The notes under the pieces were generated by a model. That model was not told where the DNA came from. It made no database searches and was given only the letters and a program-made list of their open reading frames with translations. The translations under genes and the position numbers were made by a program. From positions 1,364,001 through 1,428,000 of the forward strand of contig JAQFVV010000006.1 in assembly GCA_028023455.1 (NCBI GenBank): a stretch of 64,000 bases of DNA, in the 5' to 3' direction. This document shows, piece after piece, positions 50,901 to 63,489 of this stretch (the first letter of the stretch is position 1; each line of letters begins with the position of its first letter). This DNA is from Epiperipatus broadwayi (lineage: Eukaryota; Animalia; Onychophora).

Positions 50901-51222
50901 AATTCCTCTTGAATGTCTTGATGTCAATTCTTTAAAATTTTTCTTTTCTAATTCTGTATTTGCGAAATGACTTGTATCCGGGGTATGAGATTCCACAATT
51001 TTTTTGCGCAATATTACAAATTTGCAGTAAGTGCTCTAGAGGAGAAAGACAAATATTGAAATCGTTTTGTTTTAGAACAAAAATTCGTTTGTCATCTAAA
51101 TTCATAAAATGTAAAAATTCTTCAACATCTTCAAAATTTGGGGGTTGAATCATTAAAACATCACTGCATGATAAATGCTAAAAAGATTAAAGTCATGTTT
51201 AATTTTTTTTTTTTAAACTTTT

Positions 51223-51610
51223 ATTGGTAATAATTGAAAGTTTGTTAATCTTTCACATGCGCGATTGTCTCTCAGACAGCAAATCAGATTTATTTAAACA
51301 GCTGTCTTAAGAACGATCAGGCTTCGACACATGACAGAGATTTTGATAAGAAAAGGATGATTCTAATCTTTTCTCAACTTAACTTTTATATATATAAGCC
51401 AGTCTTAAGCATCTTGGCCTGAAAGCTTGGATATATAAACATATACACTTATCATTCATTGTGTTATTAATTTAAGATATTACGGTGCGAAATCTCTGTC
51501 ATGTGTCGAAGCCTGATCGTTCTTAAGACAGCTATTTAAAAAAATCTGATTGGCTGTCTGAGAGACAATCACGCATGTGAAAGGTTAGCAAACTTTCAAT
51601 TATTACCAAT
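51223..51610. repeat. Fold-back element, 121-bp arms with few mismatches, 146-nt spacer
   Basis: ATTGGTAATAATTGAAAGTTTG...GACAGAGATTT is mirrored at 51490-51610. Confidence 0.9.
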
Positions 51611-52019
51611 TTATTAACAACATGCGATTTAGACAAATATTATTTAAACTTTTATGTAATTTTGATTGTTTGAAGATATGTGAATTGTTGAATTGTTAAA
51701 TGTTTTTTAGAAAAATTTAAGTTTTATTCCAAATGCATTCACCTTAATAATAAGACACAGCTTAGTATTGAAGACAACATTTCAAATAGTATTCTCTCTT
51801 TTTTTAGTTGTTTCTGGCCTGATTAGTGGTTATTAGGACTAAAATTAAACCAGTGTGTGTTAGATTAGTGAATATCTAATTTAAGATGGTACTCTAATTG
51901 AGTAGTTTATTCTATCGAAGTCTTAAATAGAATAGTCTACTTGGTTAAACATCACATTAAATTCAAAATTCATGAATAGATCATTTAATTTAATTTCCTT
52001 GTTGGGTTGTAGCCTTTGA

Positions 52020-52190
52020 TTGAATAGCCGATTTGATTAGAGCATCATTTAAATTTCATATTCACGAATCTAAACATCACTTGAGTTTACTGATCAGGTT
52101 AGCAAACTTGAAGAAGAGAGGAGAATAATTCCATTCAAAACATTGAGTTCTTTACTAACCCATGTATATTATCAGCAGTTGAACGTATTT
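52020..52190 (+). mobile_element. Decayed F5 copy
   Basis: TTGATTAGAGCATCATTTAAATTTCA..GAATCTAA..TTGAAGAAGAGAGGAGAATAATTCCATTCAAAACATTG..TACTAACC is collinear with 46190-46340. Confidence 0.6.
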
Positions 52191-52456
52191 AGAAAAGAAT
52201 AAATAATTTTTTTTTGTATTTTTGTTTATAAGTACTTAAATAATTAGGTTATTAAAATGTATCCGTTCATTAAAATATGAATAATTATAATGAAAGATAA
52301 CTGTGCTAATTGAATAATGTTACATTAAAATAACTTTTGGCCTACCCTGTGTAACCAGAATAGAGTTGTTTAATCGCAGGGAGTAACCGAAAAAGCCATC
52401 TTATATTTACGTCTGTGAAAAATTCCCATTAAATAAAATTTTCTTATTGTATAAAT

Positions 52457-53624
52457 CAGGGATAGGCAATCTCTGGCCTATAGGCCAAATCTGAGCCCCA
52501 AATGCTCTCAATCTAGCTTCAGAAATTTTCACAAACATATATAAAATATGTATAAAACTTCTGTTTAAATACGCACTTAGTCCAAAGCAAATGTATGTGC
52601 AAATATTGAATTAAGACTTAAGTAAATTAAACTTTATTTTATCAGCTACATCTTTTTCCTTTTCCAGCCTTCATAATAATTCTATTTCATTCTATAAAGA
52701 TGCAATATTTCAACAAATTATGTATATTGCGTCATCTATCTGACTATGGATTTAATCTATGATTCTAAGAGTATTTTGCTTGTTTTTATAGCGATTTTTG
52801 CAGATGAACGTATAACTAGAAAAAATAAAACTCTAATTTACTTTACTTTATAACTATTTTGCATTTTTTTTAATTTTTTATTATTAGGATGGCTCCTTAG
52901 AGTAAGATAATAAAATTTGACACAAAATTGCATATTTGAAAAGATATGGACCAATGCATATTTTTTTTTATATAGAAAGTAATAGTAAATTCATGTGTCT
53001 GATATGTCGGGAAAATATTTCGGTTAATAGAGAACACTATATTAAGAGGCATTATTTGACAAAACATTCTGACCATAACAACAAAATTTTTGGAAAAGAA
53101 AAAAATATTAAAATAGAAAACTTGAAAATGATTTTCATCAAGTAGCTGACATGTTTTATAAAAAATTCAAACGAGTTAGAACATTTTGTTAGAACAAGTT
53201 ATTTAAAAAAAAACAACAGAAAATTCCAACCCATTTTTTGAAGGGGAGTTTATAAAAGACCGCATCCTAGCTGCTGTAGAATTAACCTGTCCAGAACGTA
53301 AAAAGAAATTTGAGAACATATGTCCCAAAGGTAGATTCCAGGGAATCAGAAAAATTGTCATTAAATGTGGAATAGTCATTAATATTAGCGAGGTTACTTT
53401 ATTTTTAATTCACCAAAAAATTATGACCCTCGTTTAAAAGGGGAAAGTTGAAATTGGCCTGCCAGTTGAAAAGGTTATCTACCCTTAATGATTAGAGATA
53501 AATTAATTAAATTTTTGATCAATTATAGTAGGGTAATTTTAAGTCGATAAATTTTGCATGGCCTGCAAATGGAGATTATAAATATTCAAATGGCCTTTGG
53601 CAGAAAAAAGGTTTGCCACCCCTG
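52457..53624 (+). mobile_element. Internally deleted hAT (Buster/SPIN-like) transposon with transposase N-terminal remnant
   Basis: TIRs CAGGGATAGGCAATCT / AGGTTTGCCACCCCTG. Flanks GTATAAAT / GTATAGGC have a central TA. Protein remnants CLICRENISVNREHYIKRHYLTKH and PFFEGEFIKDRILAAVELTCPE. Confidence 0.85.
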
Positions 53625-53659
53625 GTATAGGCCTATATTTGGCAAAAAATTGAAATACT

Positions 53660-53915
53660 TAATTCACATGATCAACATTCTTTATGCTTATACAAGGTGT
53701 TTGCACTGAGGCAAAACTCTCCATACAGTAGCGCCACTCAGTGCAATCCAGAGTAATCAATGAAAGCAGGAAGGTTTGTACATAAAATCCCTATCTTGTG
53801 CCTATTCATTCAATATCCCCAGGCAAGTAGGACTTTTATGCACAAACCTCCCTGCATCTATTGATTACTCTGGCTTGCACTGAGTGGCACTACTATATGG
53901 AGAGTTTCGCCACTG
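53660..53915. mobile_element. F1 short fold-back turning at 53822
   Basis: Inverted arm from the tail to ATATCCCCAG, then plus copy TTTTATGCACAAACC...GGAGAGTTTCGCC. Confidence 0.8.
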
Positions 53916-54159
53916 TGTAATACTTAACTTAATTACTTCTATTACCTTGTGTTTTCCATTATAAGTAAATAATCAAATGGGTTATTACTCTCAAGTTTGT
54001 AAGAACTTTGAGAACCACAAGTATCAGAATGATCAATGTCCCATGGACTCCAGACTCCTATCACTGCACTAAACCATGCCGGCTTTCTCATCTGTACCAT
54101 TACTGATGATTACAATTATTTCTACCTAAAAGCAGAATTGCGAAACGTACAGATCTACC

Positions 54160-54745
54160 AGATTTTGCATGAAGATATTATATATATTGCTTATAATAAC
54201 TTCTCTCATACACACTGTAATGCAAAAAAAAAAATTTAATAAAACTTTTTTATTTTCCTGACAGTTTCGACTGTCCAGAAGTCTTCATCAGAGCGTTTTC
54301 AAATTTCCTCTGCCTTTTTTTTAAAAAAAAAAGTCAGTCAAAACTGTCATGAAAATAAAGAAGTTTTATTAAAATTTTTTTTCTCCATTAAAGTGTATAT
54401 GAGAGAAGTTATTATAAGCAATATATACGAATATATGAAGAAATGCAAAGAAAGTAAAGGAAAAGAATAAGAGTATATACTTATAATAAGAAAATTGCAT
54501 GCAGGATTCAGAAGAAGAAAGGGGAAAAAAGGGGGAAAAATCAGTTATTTAAAACGTAGAGGAAATTGATAATGTTCTGATGAAGGCTGCTGGACAGTCG
54601 AAACTGTCAGGAAAATAAAGAAGTTTTATTAAAAAATTTTTTTTGCATTAAAGTGTATATGAGAGAAATTATTATAAGCAATATGTATGAATATATGAAG
54701 AAATGCAAAGAAAGTAAAGGAGAAGAATAAGAGTATATTTGTAGG
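54160..54745. mobile_element. F2 hammerhead repeat: inverted copy (motif 54256-54294 minus) plus head-to-tail direct copies with 260-nt period (motifs about 54335-54350 partial, and 54574-54612)
   Basis: AAACTGTCA at 54341 and 54601 with matching downstream about 140 nt. CTGATGA-A-GGCTG-CTGGA-CAGTC-GAAAC-T-GTC-AGG. Confidence 0.85.
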
Positions 54746-57207
54746 AAGAAAATATTTTAATTCACTATATTCAGCAAATTATCATGAGTTTTTTTTGTTT
54801 TTAAAAGAATCAAGTTGAAATACAGAAACTTTTTTTTTTTACAGTATATATATCTATTATATTCTGCAAGTACATAAAATTATACTGGTAATTTATAATT
54901 TAGATTTGTAAATATTTTGAAGGAAAAAAAAAAAACCTAAATGAAGTATTTATTTCTGTTATTTTTATTTTGATATCGAAAGTAATTTTTTTGTAGTTTT
55001 TTTGATGCACTTTTGATTCCATTCCAAATTATATTTATATTCTTTGATTCATCATTATAATTTATTTTATTCATCTTTACTAGGATTTTTTTCTCTGGCT
55101 TTATATCTAATTTATTAGAATAAAAATTTGAATAAATAGAATGTTCTGATTACATAAATAGTTGATTGTTCTGTTTTACTATCATCAGGACATCGTGCTA
55201 GGAGTTACGCTATCTCTCACACACATATATGACTGCTAAATGTATATATTTGCACTTTTTTCATTGGCAGTTTTGGAAACCACGAGTATGTTAGCTTGAT
55301 AGGTGTCATACTTGTCAAATGCAATATTCAAATAATGTGGTAATTCATTACATTTAACGATTAGATTGTTATCAACTAATATTTAAAAACAGGTATTAAT
55401 TCGGAGTCTCTTCTCTAAAAAATATGTCCTCAGATTATCAAAATTGCCTAAGATATAAACCTGTTGTGGAGAGAGATTTATCCAGTAATACAACCATTTT
55501 TTGAGGATTTCATTTACAAACAGATAGAGGGCATTTTTGCATAACTTAAAGGTAGATGTGTGGATGGCAAAGAAGGCTATTCAAGGAGAAATGGGATGGT
55601 CAAGCTTTTATATGAGAGATGCAAAAAACAAAATAAAAATGTTCGGTAGATTACAATTTATGGATAGGAAGACTAGCCAAAATAGTATTTAATTGGGTTA
55701 TGAGTAAAGGACAGGCAACAAGATGGATGAGAAAGGTAGTTGGTATGCAGAAGATTTGGATAAAGACTATGTCAATACACTTGTAGAAAAGGTCAGATGA
55801 TTGTGTTAGGAGGATTGTTAAGTGTTATAGTGGCAAAGAATGGAATGGAAGAATAGATGCATTAATAAAAAATAGGGAGATGGAGAAATGGAGAACTAAT
55901 GGAGAGTAAAAAGAGTCTAAATATATAAAGAAGTAAACAAATAAATTAAAAAATAACAAACAAACACAGTCTTCTATCTTAAAAATAGCCCATTAATTTC
56001 GATATATATTGTAACCGGACCCGTCCAACCCTTTTATTACTTCAGTTGTAACAATTTCCTGATGAGCATGTTGCAGGAAGGAACTATCGATTGGCATTCC
56101 CCAATGCAGATGTTAAACCCCCCCCTGCAACAATATTTCCTGCTCATCAGAGGATGTAGCACCATAGAGACTGGAAGCATCTAGACATTTCTATGTTTGG
56201 TTTTCCAAACGGCGCCACTAGAGTTCCATCTCACTACAACCTGACTTACCTGGGTCTAGTTATGCCAGATGTAGCTCAGGAGGCATGAGATTCTCATGAA
56301 CAAGTGCACTGAATGATGAGTGATGCAATAACAAAAAAAAATAGATTTGAACAACTGGATAACTAAAATTAATTTTAGGTAACAACAATTTTATTTAACA
56401 AATTCATGTGCAAGTCCTTCTAACAAAGTTCATTCATATCCATGTGATGACTCATTTTCAGTTCATTTATGAAAAGGTTAGAAGTAGTTTGTTGCTCAAT
56501 AGTTCATTTACAATTCATCTTAATAAAGTTCATCCTTCATTTCAATTGAAGGCTCATTTTGATTTATCTTAGGTAAAGAATTCAAAGGGTCTTTTATCTA
56601 GTAGACGTCTACCAATACTGCATGAATATTTTTCCACTCTTTATTCCATATCTGTATATCCCTTTTAGGTAGGTAAATAGGTAAGATGAGTTATTCCAGA
56701 TCTGTAAGGTTTCTATAATTCAGTCAAGTGTCAATGTACATTGGTGCTCATAAGTTTCATTATTTTCTTTGTATACACTCGAGATTCATGTAAGCATTTG
56801 TAATTTTTATAGTACTTCATTATTTTGGTTTATTTATCAAACAGGTAATGTGAACAATTCTTGGTTGTGGACTATTAATAGTCCAGTCAGTGTAAATGTG
56901 CATCTATGTGCATAAGTTTCATTACTTTTTTCACATAATACCAATATGCAGGTAAGCATTTATAATCCATATAGTATTTCATTGTTTTATTTATATACCA
57001 TTGAGGTGCCTGTAAGTATTTGTAATTTTTATTTAGTGATATAGCATAACCATTATTATTTGGTCTGCCACAGATGTATATCTCTTCATATAAGTTGATC
57101 AGTAGCTGCATTTATTTATTAGCCAGTTAGAGTTATATGTAATAGCTCAGTATTTCTGATTCTTCTAGGTATATTTATTTGTAAATCAATAATACCACTG
57201 ATTATAA

Positions 57208-57900
57208 GTATTCGTTTTTTTTAGTTTATTTTAATTCAAATGTATCTGTAGATGAGAAGTCAATCCTTATTAAAAATGCCTTTTGATTATAGATATCTTT
57301 AATATTTATATTTTATCATTAACGAAACGTATTTCACATAAGTCATTTTAAGACAGATGTTTGTTTTGTTTTTTATTTTTATAAACATGTATAAATATTG
57401 AATAAAATGCCTTTTGATTATAGATATTTTTAATATTTATCATTAATAAAACGTATTTTCACATAACTAAATTTGTTCATAATTTTCTTTTTCTTTTTTA
57501 AGAAAGATGTTTTGTTTTACCTTTTATAAACATATATAATTATTGAAAAAAATATAAAATCATTACAAGTATTCGTTTTTTACTTTATTTTAATTCAAAT
57601 GTATCTGTAGATGAGAAGTCAATCCTTATTAAAAGTGCCTTTTGATTATAGATATCTTTAATATTTATACTTTATCATTAACGAAACGTATTTCACATAA
57701 GTCATTTTAAGACAGATGTTTGTTTTGTTTTTTATTTTTATAAACACGTATAGGTATTGAATAAAATACCTTTTGATTATAGATATTTTTATTAATAATT
57801 CTTTTTTTATTTATTTATTTATAATAAAGACGTTTTGTTTGTCTTTTAAAAAAACATATAATTTTAGTTTAAGAAAGACGTTTTGTCTTTTACAAACGCA
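57208..57900. repeat. Tandem duplication, period about 361 bp, with internal sub-repeats
   Basis: GTATTCGTTTTT...AATTCAAATGTATCTGTAGATGAGAAGTCAATCC at 57208 and 57569. Confidence 0.9.
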
Positions 57901-58879
57901 CATAGTATCGAATATTTTATAAAATCATTACCTTCATTTATCCAGTTTGTCCCTTCAAAAAGGTGGCCGTTTTATTTCAGCTAGATGGCATTATTGGTTT
58001 CCGTGATGTCTATCTACCCAGGCAAATCTTGGAAAATCATGGCTTAGAATGAAGAGAAAAGCTGTGACTGTTTAGGCTTTCATCATTAAGTTTTCCGTGA
58101 TAAAGTTTTTTTTTTTCCATCATTAACAGAGGTTCTTTAACTGCTACTTGAAAAATATCTCTTTGCAAAAAAAAAAAATGACAATTTGATCTCCTAAAAA
58201 TCTCTTTGGAAAAACTTTTTAAAAATCTGCTCTGAACTTGCAACTTGTATCGGATTCTTAGACTGATTAAACAGTTCAGCCCACGTATCCTAATCATCGC
58301 ATAGCTCTCATTTAAGTCCGATTGCCTTTCCCTTCATAATGATTGGATAATCTACTTTTTTAGCGGGATAAGAAAGCATGAAGATTAAGTCATGTTTTTC
58401 AATTTATTAAGACTGCCTCAAGCTGTTATCACACTTTATTTAAAACGTCGTTCCAAAAATTGAAACTGTAATATTTTTAATAAATGCAGCTTTAAATAAA
58501 TACGAGTGATATATTTAAATTATATTGCAATTTAAAACTATAAAATCAAGAATGATTTATCTTTATTATTTTCTTTTCTCAATTATAGAAAATAATGATT
58601 TTCTTGTAACATCATAAACTAAACTTTTTTATACATCTGCTGTTTTTTAAGGTGGGAGGGTAAAATAGCTTTTACAATAAATACACACGTGAAACAGCGT
58701 TCTTGTTTCAATATATACATACAACAAGCCGCATGCAGGCTTTTTATAAATCTTGATTTGTTGTGTGAAATATCGTAATGTGCAAGAATGTAGTCAAAAT
58801 GTTGGAGTATATTTTTGTGCATTGTGGTAGACCATATGATGAATCAGGATTTATAAGGAAGAGATTTGGGTGTGGTTTG

Positions 58880-59385
58880 TTGTATATATATATATAGGAA
58901 TAAGCAGAATATTGGATGTGAGTTAAATTACGATAATAGCAAGAAAAGTAGTTTACTGTTTTCGAATGGATTGTTAGCAACAAGGGAATAGGCACTTTAA
59001 TGGAGAAATGGGGATGATTTAGTCTGAAAGTTATGTAAGGAAGGCATGGAAAATATTAGGCCTCTGCATATGAATGTAAATGCTTACAAGCAAAAAGGGT
59101 ACAAATAATGAAGTTGTGAGAGAATAAATATAAACTGATTATACAGAAAGTGGGTTCTTGGTTTTTATGCTGGGTTTGAAAAAAGATAATGAGGAATTTA
59201 GATATAAAGGCCATAGAGGGGACAAAGGTAATGTGGAAATGGGATTGAGCAGGATAGAGAAAAATATGGGAAAAACTTAAGGTGGGGAATAGAAAGAGAA
59301 GATAAGTTGGCAAACAGGTTTCTCTGGGCATAGTGGCTGAGAGATTCCTGACTCCGATAAAGGAGAAGCCATAGTGCATCACATA
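58880..59385 (+). mobile_element. Family B non-LTR retrotransposon ORF2 C-terminus with CCHC-type knuckle remnant (clade not determined)
   Basis: IYRNKQNIGCELNYDNSKKSSLLF...KLCKEGMENIR..YECKCLQAKR across a frameshift. Ends CATAGTGCATCACAT. Confidence 0.7.
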
Positions 59386-61350
59386 TATAGTTAAGATGAG
59401 ATGGGATAGAGAATGTTGAACACTTATTTTTGAATATAATTTACTGAAAAAAAAAGTGTCAAATGTTTTAGAAATTGAGAAAAATGTAAATGTACAAGAG
59501 AGTGAAAGGGGTAAAGATTTTATGAATTTCTGATTAGATCTTTGTAATGAAATTAGGGAATATGAAGACAGGATAATGGAACTAATGAAACAGTTTTTAT
59601 TGAGATGGGATAGAAGAAAAAAAATAAAGAGGCAGGGCCAGAAAAATAATTGGGTAATAAGGAGTAAGAAGTAGGTGAGTTTTTTGTAGTATATAAAGAG
59701 TTTGGAGGGAAGGAATGCCTAATTTGACTAACAAATTTCTTACCTAGTTTAAGAGGAAGCCTTTTTACGTCACATCTCATATGAAACATCAGGACGAATA
59801 GCATTAAAATTAAGAGAGGTGAAGGGAATGAAAAAATAGCATTTAGTTTTTTTTTGTCTAGGTCTTTGTGATAAAAACATGGAATATAGGGAGTAGGATA
59901 TTGGAAAGAAAATGCCTTTGTTAAAATAGGATAGGACAAAAAAGATAGTGCTGGTCGAATGATTTGGTAGATTTAATTGAAGGTTATGGATGAAGAGAAA
60001 TAACTTGGCTTACGTTACTTTTAAAAGATATCAGAGGGACAGAATGCTTAATTTGTCTAGCCTTTTAAAAATCACAATCTAGCATATGTAAAGTGTATTC
60101 TTGCTCAAAAGGCATTCACTAAATAGTATAAAAGTCAAATGCATATGATAGAATAAATTTTCTTGATGTAATTTACATAATGTTTAAAAGAAAAGTAACA
60201 CATTATATAAATAATTGTTTTATAATTCATAAATCGTAGCACGAGTAATATACTGATTATCTGAATATTTAATATTTTAAAACTATTATCCTGACAAAGA
60301 TGTTCTTTAATTTTTTGTAATAAACAAATTAGTTTGTGCTCATATTTTCAAATAAAATTAAAGTGGAAAAAAACATGCAGTAATTACCTATAATGAATAA
60401 GCGAAAGCACCATGAGTTATTTATCATCATTATCACCATCTTTATCATTATCATCCTATAACTATTAATTTACAGTTAATACCATAATTAATCTTTAAAA
60501 AAGATTACATTCAATTCTTTAGGGGAGGAAGGGGAAAAGAAATGACTGAAGAAGAAAGAAAAAATTTTTCAGACGTTTATATTTATAAAAAAAAATTCAT
60601 AGAATTGCGGAATGGAAAGTTAATCTGCATTTTAAACAAGTGATTAAAAGAAAAGAAAGTTTAATCAACAAAAGATAATTATTTAATGATTAATGAATTT
60701 TACTAGCGCAAAAAAAAAAAAAAAAAATTATCCTTTTATCGTTTTAATTGTTATTCTAAACATTTTTTGCCCCGATATAAAAATAAGCATCTATTGCATT
60801 GTAAAATTTTATATTGTTGTTAATAAAATAAATTTATATAATATACAGAAAGTATTTATATATAAACAAAATTATAGGATATTCAGTGAGGGGGTAAAAT
60901 ATGTATTGTTGAAATCTGAGAAATTTACAAATTCGAAAAAGCTTTGAATCTGGGGTTTCAAGTAAATGGTATTTATCTTAAACTAATATCAGTTATGGTT
61001 ACATAATCTGTAATAATCATGGTAACCATCAAAAGATCCAATTTATATGTGATGATGATTTGCGATGCATTGTGATAATCATTGTCTAGGATAAAAAAAG
61101 CAATTGGTTGTTCAATTGCAAGAAGCCATAACATTCAAGAACTGGAAGCAAAAGCTTGGGCTTTGATCTAAGAATCTTTAACTTCAAGACTATTTGCTTT
61201 GCCAATACACTTGAACACACAGAACACTTACTGTAGTAAATATTTGTAACAAATCTTTATCCTGTAAACCTACATATGCATAATTTTTAATTATGTATTT
61301 GTCATTATTAATTATTTAAGTGTTTTTTTTTTCTAACATTTTCTTTATAG

Positions 61351-61505
61351 GTTGGAGCTTTAATTATTACTCCTACTAGGGAATTGGCAACTCAAATCGA
61401 TGAAGTATTGACCTGTTTTTTAAAATACCTGCCACAGTTTTCTCAGGCTTTATTTATCGGAGGAAATAACCCTATGCATGATATCCAGAAGTTTAAAAAA
61501 AATGG
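61351..61505 (+). CDS. DDX55: DDX55 coding exon 3 (VGALIITPTRELATQIDEVLTCFLKYLPQFSQALFIGGNNPMHDIQKFKKNG), motif Ia; gene continues beyond window end
   Basis: TTTATAG acceptor and GG|GTAAGT donor. PTRELA motif and IGG.NP..D motif as in DDX55. Confidence 0.96.
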
Positions 61506-63489
61506 GTAAGTATATGAATAATAAATACAAAAGCACGATGCTCATTTTTGTCTGTATTATTTATCATATCTTGCTGTAAGTAGGTAATTAACTTTAAATA
61601 GCTTTCTGCAAGGTAAAGGTCTTTTCAATAGCGTCTTACTTAGGAGCAAGCAGGTGTTGAGATTTTAAGTGATTTTTTAAATCTTTTATTTTATTCTTTC
61701 AAACTAAGAATGGCTGCATACCAATCAATATTGCCGATAGATAAAATAACATTTAAATAGCTCTTAACAAGGGCAAATCCCATTTTCAACAAGACCTCAT
61801 AGAGGAACAGATTGGGTGGTGAGGATTTAAATGGTTTTCTATCCTTGTTTACCCCTGAGCTAAAAATGGCCAGATACCCACACACTGGTCAATATTGGAT
61901 TGTTAGCTCATTTGGCAATGAATGTTAACTGAAAGTCTTAATAGAACCTGGACAAAGTTTCAAGTTTAGTTAGTCTGAATTAAAACTCATGTCATAATTA
62001 CGGCAAATGGATGTGTTAATATAGAACCCTTTCTTATAACTTTTAATACAAAAAATTAAAAAAAGAATGAAAAGCCAAATTTGTTGTCAAATGTGAAGAA
62101 GTTGAAAGATACTCAATTTTAAAAATGATGGTTAAACCATGCAAGTTAGAAAGAGCTTTTGGAAAAATCAACAGCAGCAAAAAAAATCTTGTTTACAAGA
62201 AACATATAAAAAGATAGCTATAAAAAAATGATATCTAATATATGCTAGGGACTGGAATAAAAACATAGAAAATTCAGTGAATATAAAAAAAGATGGTTTT
62301 CAAAATTAAACATATCTGATTAAAAAACCTATTTTTATACTGTCAAAAAAATATCAATATTGAAACTGAAGATATGATAGCAATAGAATAAGAGAATTAT
62401 TATTTAAGGTCAAGACGGAAAGTTTCAAGTCAAAGAAATAATTCTAAGAAGTGGAGGAAAAGATCACATGATTTATTCAAGTACAAACAGAAAACATTGA
62501 TTACTAATTATTAGCATAAAACAATTTTAGAAACATTAAAATGTGACATAAAGTGGTTTTTCTTTGATGTCAGAAATGTGTGCATCGGCTAAATGCCCTA
62601 AAACCCTGCTAACCAAGTTAAATATTTCTTTTTTCTAAACTCCTTTTATAGACAAATAAGCTCATCTATTTTTCACTCCTTATTACCAAATTATGTCTCT
62701 AGCCTTTATTTTTTCCTTCTATCCCATTTTAACGAAAGCTGTTTTTATATTTCCATTATTCAGTCAGTCCTCATATTCTCCAATTTCATTATAAACACTT
62801 TAATTCTCTTTATTGTTAAGTTTCTTCCATTCTCCTTATAATTTATTGTCATCCTCATTTCAATATTATACACTCTAAAAATAAATGTTCAATACCCGCC
62901 CTGCCTTTCTTCTCTCTTTCATCTTCAGTTAAACTACATCTACAATTCAAATTCTTATTCCATCTTTGCCTTTTTTCTCTAGTATCTGTGTCTTTTACCA
63001 GATAATAATAAACTTTACTATTATCATATATCCTTTTATACATTAATTTTATTCTTATGCACTCCAAAGTTTTTTAATATTCATATTCACTTTCTACAAT
63101 TAGTCTATCTTCCTTTTCCATCTTTCATAATTATATATCTGCATACATTCTCTGCATATTTTATTTCATATTCAAAGCATGCTGATATTGTAAATGAGAG
63201 CATTTAAAAGCCCTCTATTAGCTTATTACTTAACTAGACCAAATTCTGAATTGTGAACCATGACAATAGAAAACTTATAGGATTGGTTTCAAGGAAAGGT
63301 TATGGTCAAAAAGAGTTGATAGATTTACTTTTGGGATGACAACAAATATGAAGATGGACTCAAAAATATCCGGAATTATTTTCTAATATGTGCAGCTGTT
63401 GACGATCTGCCAAATTACATTACCATGTGAAATTGTGGTACCATGTAGCACATTTTTTTTGTAAAGTGCATTTTATGTATTTGGCAATT

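Noticed and set aside
4199-53915. CRISPR-like array from recurring short motifs
   Set aside because: The repeats are dispersed, long and variably oriented in a spliced eukaryotic locus, with no regular repeat-spacer pattern or cas genes.
56040-56155. Two opposed CTGATGAGCA motifs as hammerheads
   Set aside because: No correctly spaced GAAA, NUH or stem I; at most a highly decayed relic.
56640-57120. Decayed C2H2 zinc-finger array
   Set aside because: Repeat spacing is not a regular 84 nt, and the Cys/His pattern is incomplete.
58020-58330. DNA transposase (Sola-like) remnant
   Set aside because: No motif could be matched convincingly by eye; left unassigned.
58760-58880. CHY/Pirh2-like zinc-finger pseudogene (ECSQNVGVYFCAL..)
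   Set aside because: It requires a frameshift, the similarity is short, and no flanking homology was found. It may be chance.
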